A stretch of 33,607 nt of DNA from an uncultured archaeon (GCA_964551725.1 CAZKED010000011.1:1-33607); one strand, 5' to 3'. Numbered from the stretch's first letter, positions 1 through 7,715 are shown. Made by a program: numbers and translations. The notes: generated from the sequence alone by a model not told the origin.

Positions 1-1
1 A

Positions 2-217
2 AAAAGCATCGAGTGGAATGCTGACAATGAAACGTGCATCATAAGAATGGAATGCACGGACTGCGCAAACAAGGAAAAATGCGAAGGAAAATGGGTTGAA
101 AGAATTCCCAAACTGGAAGGAAAGGAATTTTCCCTGAGCGGTTTCAACACAGAGGAAAAAACAATTTCAGTTTCAGTGCAGGGAACAGTGCAGGGGGAGG
201 AATGTATCCCGCAGTAA
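2..217 (+). CDS. 3' end of a hypothetical Cys-rich protein (truncated by window start)
   Basis: Frame +2 is open from the window edge (KSIEWNADNETCIIRMECTDC...EECIPQ) to TAA at 215-217; not in the ORF track. Confidence 0.6.
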   Translation, partial: KSIEWNADNETCIIRMECTDCANKEKCEGKWVERIPKLEGKEFSLSGFNTEEKTISVSVQGTVQGEECIPQ

Positions 218-226
218 TGCCGCGCA

Positions 227-700
227 CTACTTCGAGTAACTCTCCGAAAGCTTTTCTATCACGTTTTCTATCTCACTGAGCGAATCCTGCACAGAACCCT
301 TGACCCAGTAGCCGAAAGAAGCGCGCAGGTCATCGCGCTCGGCATGCGGGGCAGGATTGAAAAAATAGCGTCCCTTTTTCCTCGAGAGAATTTCCAGTTC
401 AATCAGTTTGTTAAGATGGTAGCGCACGAGCTTGTCGCCTATCTGCCGCTGGTAGTTGTGCTTTATAAACTCGCGGATGTCGTCCGAGGAAGGCTGCTTC
501 TTTTTTGAAATAAGGAAATAAAAAAGCGCATCCAGAACAAACAGGGCAGTGGACCTCGATTCCCTCTCGGAAATCAGACCAAACGCGAGCGCGAACCAGC
601 GCAGCATGGAACGCTTTGTGAGCAAAACAGAGGGAGGCATATCCATTGCCCTCAGGGTGAAGCTCTTTCGCACAAGCGAAGACTCAGGAAGTTCAGCCAT
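227..700 (-). CDS. Hypothetical protein, probable winged-helix domain
   Basis: 157-aa ORF with wHTH-like segment SSDDIREFI...KLVRYHLNKLIELEILSRKKGRYFF. Confidence 0.65.
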   Translation of the reverse strand: MAELPESSLVRKSFTLRAMDMPPSVLLTKRSMLRWFALAFGLISERESRSTALFVLDALFYFLISKKKQPSSDDIREFIKHNYQRQIGDKLVRYHLNKLIELEILSRKKGRYFFNPAPHAERDDLRASFGYWVKGSVQDSLSEIENVIEKLSESYSK

Positions 701-864
701 AAAAACACCGGGGAAAAAGATTCTTTCCTTAAGAAATAATTTATTCTGAAGTAGTATTTATTAGTTTCGCTGCCGCCTTTTTTCAGGCAAAGGGAAAAAA
801 ACACTAATTAAATTTAAAATATGCTCATTGCAGTAAATTAATTGGTTATTTTTAAGGTGGGATA

Positions 865-1221
865 ATGGCAATAAAAATAGACACTCTTTTTCATCCTTTC
901 AGACTCGTGATTGCACGCCGGGAAGCGGTGCAGCTGAGCATAACTTTGCTGAATGATTCAGATGAAGAAAGAATGCTCACAGTGAAACTGCAGTTGCCCA
1001 ATGACCTTTCATTCACAAAAGGCGGATTCAAAAACAGCGAACTGAGCAGGGTGAGCAATATCGGGCCGGGAGAGAAAAAAAAGCTCTATTACGAAATACA
1101 CGCAAAGCCAACCGCACAGGACGGGGAGCACCCCATACACATAAAAGTACAGGAGCACACAAAGGATTACAGATACACACAGCAACAGTACGGGCACGTA
1201 GTTGAACTTATGGTGGAATAG
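865..1221 (+). CDS. Hypothetical protein, Ig-like (CARDB/NEW3-type) beta-sandwich
   Basis: 118 aa; LSITLLN...VKLQLPNDLSF...IGPGEKKKLYYEIHAKP pattern; AAGGTGG RBS and AT-rich promoter upstream. Confidence 0.65.
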   Translation: MAIKIDTLFHPFRLVIARREAVQLSITLLNDSDEERMLTVKLQLPNDLSFTKGGFKNSELSRVSNIGPGEKKKLYYEIHAKPTAQDGEHPIHIKVQEHTKDYRYTQQQYGHVVELMVE

Positions 1222-1225
1222 CCAC

Positions 1226-1459
1226 ATGGGAAAAATACGGTATTCCCGCCAGGTAAGAGACCTCTTACTTGGGCATTTAAGGCCGCGGGGAAGAAGGCAA
1301 AATATACGCTTCAACATTTCCAAAGCAGATGTCATTAGACTTGAAGCGCTTTCACAGTTGGGAAAAGAGCGCTGGGGCCCTTATGAAAGAGACGAATTTG
1401 CGCAAATAGCGAGCAGAGTGGGGATGTTCACCAAGAAAAAAGCGGGGAAGGGGAAATAG
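1226..1459 (+). CDS. Small basic hypothetical protein
   Basis: ATG 4 nt after the previous stop (MGKIRYSRQ...); operon-like spacing. Confidence 0.5.
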   Translation: MGKIRYSRQVRDLLLGHLRPRGRRQNIRFNISKADVIRLEALSQLGKERWGPYERDEFAQIASRVGMFTKKKAGKGK

Positions 1460-1477
1460 AGGGAACCCACATCCCTA

Positions 1478-1500
1478 TTATGTATCAATAATATACATAA
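1478..1500. repeat. Inverted repeat TTATGTAT-N7-ATACATAA (paired Xer-like half-sites)
   Basis: Seen directly; the same TTATGTA-N9-TACATAA architecture recurs at 6216-6238. Confidence 0.8.
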
Positions 1501-1932
1501 CTATCTGTTCTCTGTATCTTGCCGCGCCCTTGGTTTCTGCCTCTTTTGGCTGTTTGGGCATACGGCGGCGGCAACGCCAGCACTTTTACACAATTTCTTG
1601 GACAGATTGTTCTGCGGAGCGCGTTTTAGGAGGTTTAAAGCCACTTTTGACCAGCAGTGCAGAGCCGAGAGATGGGAGCCGGCGAGCGTTTCATGCACTT
1701 TGTCCTATATCCCGCAGACCATGCGCTGCTGGTTGGCACTCCCGGTGAAAATTTTGGATGGAATCTTTTCCCGGCTTTTCTCAAGCCCGGCGTACTCAGG
1801 GCGAGGCACCGGCTGGCATGGTGCTGATGCTGCGCCGGCCAGCAGGCGGAGGGCCAGGCAGGCCCAAGGTGGTTCTGAAAAGTAATTTTAAGGCATTTAA
1901 AATATGTTTTTACCTCAGCGCAGGCACTCTGT

Positions 1933-1944
1933 CTTATACATAAC
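1933..1944 (-). repeat. Xer-like half-site copy (CTTATACATAAC)
   Basis: Exact reverse complement of GTTATGTATAAG at 2198 and 3158. Confidence 0.8.
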
Positions 1945-2197
1945 TTTTAAGCCACTTTGAGGAACCGGGCCCCTGAAATTATTAGCCACTTCGGAAACCA
2001 CGCTTTTCAGCGCTTAGAGGGCTCTGGGGGCGTTCTGTGCGAAGGGGGCTGTGCCGAAGGGGGCGCTCAATATAAATGCGGGTATGTTGCATATGTTCTA
2101 CAAGTGCAATATTTTGCAGTATTAAGGCGTTTTTAGAAATTGTTATGTATACGGGTTTTTGGTTTCCAAGGGCGCATTTCAGTAGCGGGAATTTGTA

Positions 2198-2210
2198 GTT
2201 ATGTATAAGT
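2198..2210 (+). repeat. 13-bp direct repeat, left copy (GTTATGTATAAGT)
   Basis: Identical to 3158-3170; contains the stop codon of the LAGLIDADG gene. Confidence 0.85.
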
Positions 2211-2825
2211 CTGTTTCTCTGTGGCTTGTTTAAACGGCCCCAGAATATATTCTGGGGGGTTTTCCAGAATCCTTTCGACCTCTTCTGTTTTTCTCTTATG
2301 CGTCTTACCCTTCTTTCTATTCATTTTATCTCTGAGCTGGCATATTTTCCTTATTCCTTTGGGCGTCTTATATTTCCCTGATTTGATTAATTTCAGGGCT
2401 TGGCACCAGAGCTTGAAATCTGTGCCCTTTGATGTGAAAAATGTCTGTTTTTCGAAGAATTTGACCAGTTTGAATAAATCGCCAAAGTTTTGGACTGTGT
2501 ATTGCCTTATGTCCTGCCGTTGTGGGTTCTTCACACTCTTTTTCTGCTCATAAATCTTTCCAAACCCAAACTTGTCCTTTATTTTTTCCAGCACAAAGGA
2601 GTCCTTGTCCGCAAGGGTTATCCTAAAAGAAGGCTTTACCTGGAATATCTGGGCTTCTCTCTCCCTCCTAAGCCGCTTGGTGGTTTTCCTAGGCACATAA
2701 TCTCTGTACAAACGCAGTGCAACAGAAAAGCAGCCCTCCCCTTCCACAAAGCCCATTACATAGTCGTCCGAGAGCTCCCTGAACATGTTGTTCTGGAATT
2801 TAACAATTTCTTCCGCTTCATTCAT
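2199..2825 (-). CDS. Free-standing single-motif LAGLIDADG homing endonuclease
   Basis: YVMGFVEGEGCFSV motif, PSFRIT...VLEKIKDKFGFGKI and KGTDFKLW...LRDKMN, typical of the I-CreI-like LAGLIDADG_1 family. Confidence 0.9.
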   Translation of the reverse strand: MNEAEEIVKFQNNMFRELSDDYVMGFVEGEGCFSVALRLYRDYVPRKTTKRLRREREAQIFQVKPSFRITLADKDSFVLEKIKDKFGFGKIYEQKKSVKNPQRQDIRQYTVQNFGDLFKLVKFFEKQTFFTSKGTDFKLWCQALKLIKSGKYKTPKGIRKICQLRDKMNRKKGKTHKRKTEEVERILENPPEYILGPFKQATEKQTYT

Positions 2826-2976
2826 TCAACCACTCTCCCTAGCCGCCTGCTCCAAAAAAAATGGCGAGAAAGAGAATTTAAAGGCAAGGAAAGAGTGGAG
2901 TTCCGGTAAAAGGCTGGTTTAAGCGAGCAGGTGCGGCATGAAAAAAGGGGATTAAAATAGAAAAAAACAGAGAAGT

Positions 2977-3066
2977 GGTGTGGTCTTCCACTCGGAATCA
3001 GAGTTCCAAAGAACCCCATTAAAACACCAATGCGAGATTGGCGTTCTCCGAGTTCCCAACCACACC
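2977..3066 (-). ncRNA. Candidate structured small RNA (three-way junction), family unknown
   Basis: Four helices on the minus strand with G-U pairs; TTAAATAA box about 21-28 nt upstream and a T-tract downstream. Confidence 0.6.
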
Positions 3067-3157
3067 GCTTATATTTACGCAGCAAATTATTTAATTCCTA
3101 TCCATTCAACAAAACAAACCTTTCTACGAGCGCAGAATTAGGAAAACAAAACCCCGT

Positions 3158-3170
3158 GTTATGTATAAGT
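3158..3170 (+). repeat. 13-bp direct repeat, right copy (GTTATGTATAAGT)
   Basis: Identical to 2198-2210, 960 bp apart. Confidence 0.85.
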
Positions 3171-3179
3171 TATTTGTTT

Positions 3180-4394
3180 TCATTTCTTGGGTCTGAGGGA
3201 CGTCAGCACATATTCTGATGTGTTGAGATATTTTTCCGCTGTCTCGCGCACCTGCTCCGCGCTGACCTGTCTTATTCTCTTCATCCATTCATCGAAATCC
3301 TGCCAGCCGAAGAGTTCCGCTTGCGTGAGCCATCTCGCCCTGTCCTCAGAGTTCTCCCTTGCAAGTATTTCCCTTCCCTCGACATAGTTTTTTCCGCGTT
3401 CGAGTTCCTTTTCAGTGAGAACGCCCTGCCCAATCCTTTCGAATTCTCTGAGCGCTATTTCCTCTATTTCCCGAACGCGGCGGGGCTTTGCCGCTGCGTA
3501 AACCAAAAAGAAGCCGTAATCCATCTCCGCCTGAAAAAGGGTCTGCACCGCATAGCTCAACCCCCTTTTCTCGCGTATTTCCTGAACAAGCCTCGAGCTT
3601 ATGCCTCCGCCGAGCAATGCGTCAATTATTTCAAATGCGGGATAATCCCTGCTCCTCGCGTTCATTACGGGAAACCCTATGCATATGTGCGCCTGCTCTG
3701 TTTTCCTTTCAATTTCCCTTCTCTTCAGTTTCGGTTTTGCTTCCCTGATTTTTTTTTCCACACGCCTTCCTTTCCTCCCCTCGCCCAGTGTTGAGATTTT
3801 CTCGACCGCTTCACTGGCATTCCCCTTCGCGGTTATTCCCACAACAGTGTTATTTGGATTATACGCTGTCCTGAACTGCCCGAGCAAATCCTCCCTTGAA
3901 ATGGACGAAACACTTTCCTTTGTGCCTATCACCCTGCGCCCCATCTCTGCTGGCAGGCAGTCCCTGAGGAATTCGTCCACCACAAAGCGCGATGGCCTGT
4001 CAATCGCATCCCTTATTTCGTTAAGTATTATTCTCCTCTCGAGCTCCAATTCCTTCTCCTCGAAGAGACAGGAATTATAACAACCGAGCATTACGTCAAG
4101 CGATCTGGAAAAATGCCGCCCCAGGATTCTTGAATAGTAATGCGTGCCCTGCCTCGAAGTGAAGGCATTCATTTCCCCGCCCACTTCCTCTATCGCTTGG
4201 AAAACCGATTTACGGCTGCGCTCAGGCGTGCCTGTGAAAAACATGTGCTCTATGAAATGCGCGATGCCCGCTTTACCCCTCGGCTCCAGGGCAGAGCCAA
4301 ACCCCACAGCAATATCAATGGCGCTGGACTCCTGCTCTGCGGGCTCAAAAAGCACCGTCAACCCGCTTTTGAGCGCGAATCTCTCAGGTTGCAT
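3180..4394 (-). CDS. M16 family (pitrilysin/insulinase-like) zinc peptidase
   Basis: Inverted zinc motif GIAHFIEHMFF, MNAFTS, SSRLVQEIREKRGLSY; real start probably MQPERF at 4394. Confidence 0.92.
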   Translation of the reverse strand: MQPERFALKSGLTVLFEPAEQESSAIDIAVGFGSALEPRGKAGIAHFIEHMFFTGTPERSRKSVFQAIEEVGGEMNAFTSRQGTHYYSRILGRHFSRSLDVMLGCYNSCLFEEKELELERRIILNEIRDAIDRPSRFVVDEFLRDCLPAEMGRRVIGTKESVSSISREDLLGQFRTAYNPNNTVVGITAKGNASEAVEKISTLGEGRKGRRVEKKIREAKPKLKRREIERKTEQAHICIGFPVMNARSRDYPAFEIIDALLGGGISSRLVQEIREKRGLSYAVQTLFQAEMDYGFFLVYAAAKPRRVREIEEIALREFERIGQGVLTEKELERGKNYVEGREILARENSEDRARWLTQAELFGWQDFDEWMKRIRQVSAEQVRETAEKYLNTSEYVLTSLRPKK

Positions 4395-4443
4395 GCTCTT
4401 ATTATGGGAAAAGAACTTATTAAAATTAGTTAAGTGAAAGGAA

Positions 4444-4755
4444 TTATTTCCTTCTCCTAGACTTTCTCTTTGCCCTTGCTCTGCCGGCTCCTGCTCTCTT
4501 TCCCGCTTTTCTGGCGCGCCCGGCTTTTCTCCTCTTCTTTCCCTTTTTTGCCTCCGGCTTTGCCTTGACAAGCTTTGTGGGCTCGCTCTCCGCCCCTGTT
4601 TTTGCCTTAATCCTGCCAAAATTGGCGTATTTCCTGTACTTTGTTTTTGTCCAAGGCTCCGGCTGTTTGGACCTCATCTTGAACTCTTCCTCAAGTAACT
4701 TGAGCCTCATCTCCTCGTCCACCTTGATTGGCAAGAAATCCTTTAACTGCATCAA
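4444..4755 (-). CDS. Hypothetical protein with Lys/Arg-rich C-terminal tail
   Basis: 103-aa ORF with AGGAGG RBS upstream; divergent from xerA. Confidence 0.6.
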   Translation of the reverse strand: MMQLKDFLPIKVDEEMRLKLLEEEFKMRSKQPEPWTKTKYRKYANFGRIKAKTGAESEPTKLVKAKPEAKKGKKRRKAGRARKAGKRAGAGRARAKRKSRRRK

Positions 4756-4863
4756 ATAAACCTCCTAAAAGCAGGTTAATATATTTAATAGTGCATGGAA
4801 CTCTTTAAAAAGGGGACGTTAGAAATTTAAAGTCCTGAGCCCTAAAGATATGCACTGCAAGTT

Positions 4864-5727
4864 ATGTTGAATGGTGTTGCCTTGCCCCAAAAAGAGCCTT
4901 TGAACAAGCCCCTAATAGACGGCTTTAAGGAGGAACTGGTGGTTTCCGGGTACTCCGAGCGCACAGTGGAAATGTATTCCTGTTATGTAGAAGAGTTCTT
5001 TTCTTTTTCCGGCAAGGCTGCTGAGTTTGTCCAGCGGGAGGACATCGTTTCCTTTATGGCTCGCAAAAGGCAGAAGGGCGCATCGGACTCGACAATGGCG
5101 CTGGTTTTTTCAGCGCTCAAATTCTTCTTCCACTCGTTCCTCCATCTTAACGTAATGGAAGACATCAAACGCCCCAAAAAAGGGAAGCCGCTCCCGGTAG
5201 TTCTCTCAAAGGAGGAGGTCAAAGCATTACTCGGTGCAATTGGAAGCACGCGCGACCGGCTCATGGTCGAGTTACTGTACTCCAGCGGATTACGCGTCAG
5301 CGAGTGCACTAACATGCGCGTGAAGGATCTGTCGCTGGGGGAAAGAACAGCGATGGTCCGCGGGGGAAAGGGTAAGAAGGACCGCCTGGTAATAATTTCG
5401 GGCACTTGGGTCGAGAAAATAAAAAAATATCTCGCCTCCCGGAAATTCCAAAGCGAGTTCGTTTTCTCCAAAGAAAACGGCTCAAGGCTCTCCACCGACA
5501 CAGTGCAGCGCATTCTGAGAATTGCCCGCGAGCGTGCGGGAATCCAGAAGAACGTAACGCCGCATTCCCTGAGGCACTCTTTTGCCACACACCTCCTTGA
5601 AGCCGGGGAGAATATAAGGAAAATACAGGAGCTCCTCGGGCACAGCGACCTCTCCACGACGCAGATTTACACAAAAGTGTCAAAAGACGAGCTTAAAAGA
5701 GTTAAAAGTCCGCTTGATGATCTCTGA
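4864..5727 (+). CDS. xerA: XerA/XerD-like tyrosine recombinase
   Basis: N-terminal SAM-like domain (GYSERTVEMY); catalytic motifs SGLRVSE, GKGKKDR, HSLRHSFATH, LLGH...TTQIY. Confidence 0.93.
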   Translation: MLNGVALPQKEPLNKPLIDGFKEELVVSGYSERTVEMYSCYVEEFFSFSGKAAEFVQREDIVSFMARKRQKGASDSTMALVFSALKFFFHSFLHLNVMEDIKRPKKGKPLPVVLSKEEVKALLGAIGSTRDRLMVELLYSSGLRVSECTNMRVKDLSLGERTAMVRGGKGKKDRLVIISGTWVEKIKKYLASRKFQSEFVFSKENGSRLSTDTVQRILRIARERAGIQKNVTPHSLRHSFATHLLEAGENIRKIQELLGHSDLSTTQIYTKVSKDELKRVKSPLDDL

Positions 5728-5742
5728 ACCCTCCTGCCCACA

Positions 5743-5753
5743 TTATGTATAAG
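5743..5753 (+). repeat. Xer-like half-site copy TTATGTATAAG, 15 nt after the xerA stop
   Basis: Exact 11-mer match. Confidence 0.8.
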
Positions 5754-5890
5754 ATGGCGGCGCTCCCCCCTTACTTCCACTATTTATATTATGCCGTTAT
5801 GTGAGAGCCGCCCACGTGGGAAGTGGAAGAGCCAAAAGATTTAAATAAACAAAGAGCATTATAATACTGCCACACACGGAGGTTAGTAAA

Positions 5891-6148
5891 ATGACCGTTA
5901 GACTATCAGAACTTTTCGGCATGGACATCTACACCACCGACGCCGAAAGAAAGGGCAAGGTGTTTGACCTTGTAATAAACCTTGAGAAGGGCAGAATCGA
6001 AACAATTACCACCGAGGCATTGCAACCCAGATCAAAGCAGGAAGCGAAGAAAATAATCAGCGAAAAAAGCATACCCTACAAGAGGGTAAAGGCGGCAAAG
6101 GATATAGTGCTCGTGTCGTCTCTCGGCGAGTCAGACACTGAAAAATAG
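5891..6148 (+). CDS. PRC-barrel domain protein
   Basis: LSELFGMDIYTTDAERKGKVFDLVINLEKGRI...IPYKRVKAAKDIVLV; GGAGG RBS; TTTAAATA promoter. Confidence 0.85.
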   Translation: MTVRLSELFGMDIYTTDAERKGKVFDLVINLEKGRIETITTEALQPRSKQEAKKIISEKSIPYKRVKAAKDIVLVSSLGESDTEK

Positions 6149-6227
6149 CCAATTTTTACGATTGTTTCCTGTCGCTTCTTTTTGCCAGTCATTTTTATAA
6201 AAACAAATAAAAACATTATGTAATAAC

Positions 6228-6255
6228 CTTATACATAAACCAACTTACCTTTATA
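6228..6255. other. Candidate dif-like recombination site CTTATACATAA-ACCAAC-TTACCTTTATA
   Basis: 11-6-11 architecture with TAA/TTA flanking a 6-bp spacer; 0.5 kb from xerA. Confidence 0.5.
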
Positions 6256-6290
6256 ACAGTACTTAATACCGGAACAAAGGGGGGTCTCTC

Positions 6291-6860
6291 ATTCCGCTGA
6301 AGGGTTATTTTATTCAGTACAAGTTCATTATTCCAGAATCGGTAAAGCACTCTTCCTATACCTACCAAAAGCTTTTCAGGGCGCTTTATGGCTATACCCA
6401 GGAAGTGTACAAATCGAACGGGAAAACGTACAAGTATCACAGAAAAGGAGTGCTTTCAGACTATCCCTATATTCGCGCAGGAAAAAACTGCGTCATAATT
6501 CCATCCTATGCCTTTCAGCACCTGATTAATTTTTTCAAAACTGGAAAAAACCCCGCGCATAGATGGAGTGTAAAGGGGGAATGGAAAGCCGTATATTATA
6601 TGGATGAAAAAGACGTTCCTGAAAAAGTAGCGGCGAAGGCTCTCGAAGAACTGATTGAACGGACTTTTGTGGGGAAGGGATCCGAAAGGGCGGGGCTATT
6701 GGGCGAAATGAAAAGAGTCGATAAAACCGCCAGCAAAGAATATATCGCTCTTCTCACGGAAAAGGCAGAAAAAATAATAAGCCAGGGGTGGTTTTCGCTG
6801 GCTCAGCAGTATTCCCCCAAACTAGCAGAATTCAAGAAAGCAGCACTGGCGCTCAAGTAG
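6291..6860 (+). CDS. Hypothetical protein; start uncertain (non-canonical ATT 6291 or CTG 6297, else GTG 6405)
   Basis: Frame is open from 6267 with protein-like KGYFIQYKF...QKLFRALYGYTQEV upstream of the called GTG; GGGGGGT RBS-like run at 6279-6285. Confidence 0.65.
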   Translation: MPLKGYFIQYKFIIPESVKHSSYTYQKLFRALYGYTQEVYKSNGKTYKYHRKGVLSDYPYIRAGKNCVIIPSYAFQHLINFFKTGKNPAHRWSVKGEWKAVYYMDEKDVPEKVAAKALEELIERTFVGKGSERAGLLGEMKRVDKTASKEYIALLTEKAEKIISQGWFSLAQQYSPKLAEFKKAALALK

Positions 6861-6867
6861 TTCTCGC

Positions 6868-7317
6868 TTATTTTTTTACTTTTTCAACTGCCTTTATTTT
6901 TTCCTTTTTTTCTTCCGCGTCTTTTATCTTCTTTTTCCTCTCCGGCTCAGCCCTGACCTCAAATAAAAGTTCCTTTTTCCTCCACTGCATTTTGCCCCCC
7001 GTGCTGTTTTTTTCAAGCAGGTTTGAGTCTACGAGCGTTTTGATGTAGGGGTAGAGGCTTTTTTCATTTTTGTACTCTATTCCGAAGATTTCCAGTATCC
7101 TCCGCCTTATCTCCGCCATTGGCACCCATTCATCGTGTCCTATAACGCTTACTAAGTGGGCGGCTTGGCTGTTTTCCTTGAAGGACAGATAATCCCAAAC
7201 CGAGATAAGGGTCCTCTCCTCTTTCTTTCCCTCTCTGTAAATCGTTTCTTCCTCCGCCCAGCTGGCCACGCTCTTCAATGCCTTCAAAATCCCCCTGATC
7301 GCTCTCTTGATTACCAT
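6868..7317 (-). CDS. Probable winged-helix DNA-binding protein
   Basis: MAEIRRRILEIFG...SLYPYIKTLVDSNLLEK helix-turn-helix/wing pattern. Confidence 0.65.
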   Translation of the reverse strand: MVIKRAIRGILKALKSVASWAEEETIYREGKKEERTLISVWDYLSFKENSQAAHLVSVIGHDEWVPMAEIRRRILEIFGIEYKNEKSLYPYIKTLVDSNLLEKNSTGGKMQWRKKELLFEVRAEPERKKKIKDAEEKKEKIKAVEKVKK

Positions 7318-7384
7318 AATTATGATAATGGTGGTAATTACTTATAATTCTTACGGTAATTACGAGTATTTATTGTAATTACAA
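7315..7384. promoter_or_regulatory. Array of GTAATTAC palindromes (putative operator)
   Basis: GTAATTAC at 7334, 7356 and 7375, plus CATAATTATG at 7315 overlapping the start codon. Confidence 0.55.
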
Positions 7385-7640
7385 ATCTCTTTTTTTGCTG
7401 TTTTTTGAAGCAAAGAGTGAGCGTTGTCTTTTGAGGATTTTTTCCCCCTGTCTTTCTTCAGGCAGCAAAGCGTGGTTGTATTTATATTGTGCACTTTGCG
7501 GCGGGGATAGTGAGAGTTCTACTGTCTGCCCCATCCCGCTTTTTTCCCCTATTTGGCTTTGGCGAGAGAAGATTTTTTTGGCTGAAAGCCCGTTTTCTTG
7601 TATTTCCGCCTAGTGTGGGAAAGGGTAAAGAAAGTGAGAG

Positions 7641-7715
7641 TAGCGGGGGAAGGATTTGAACCTCCGACCTTCGGGTTATGAGCCCGATGGGCACTCCTGA
7701 CTGCCCTACCCCGCT
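7641..7715 (-). tRNA. Initiator tRNA-Met(CAU)
   Basis: Cloverleaf AGCGGGG...CCCCGCT with A1-U72 pair, three G-C pairs in the anticodon stem, loop CTCATAA, TTCAAAT T-loop. Confidence 0.95.

Noticed and set aside
1950-2064. Origin recognition boxes (CCACTT...G-strings)
   Set aside because: Only loose resemblance to the TTCCAGTGGAA consensus and no cdc6/orc1 gene in the window; kept only as part of the unexplained region.
2977-3066. Hammerhead ribozyme, 5S rRNA or tRNA identity for the structured RNA
   Set aside because: No CUGAUGA/GAAA core, no T-loop or cloverleaf, and no 5S-like sequence.
4395-4619. N-terminal extension of the M16 peptidase in the ORF track
   Set aside because: Overlaps the upstream gene in another frame and crosses an AT-rich promoter-like gap; peptidase similarity begins at MQPERF.
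1933-5727. Classical integron (IntI with attC sites, ACATAAC...GTTATGT cores)
   Set aside because: The recombinase is 287 aa with no visible IntI-specific insertion. The core pair is about 270 bp apart and lacks the internal complementarity of an attC hairpin.
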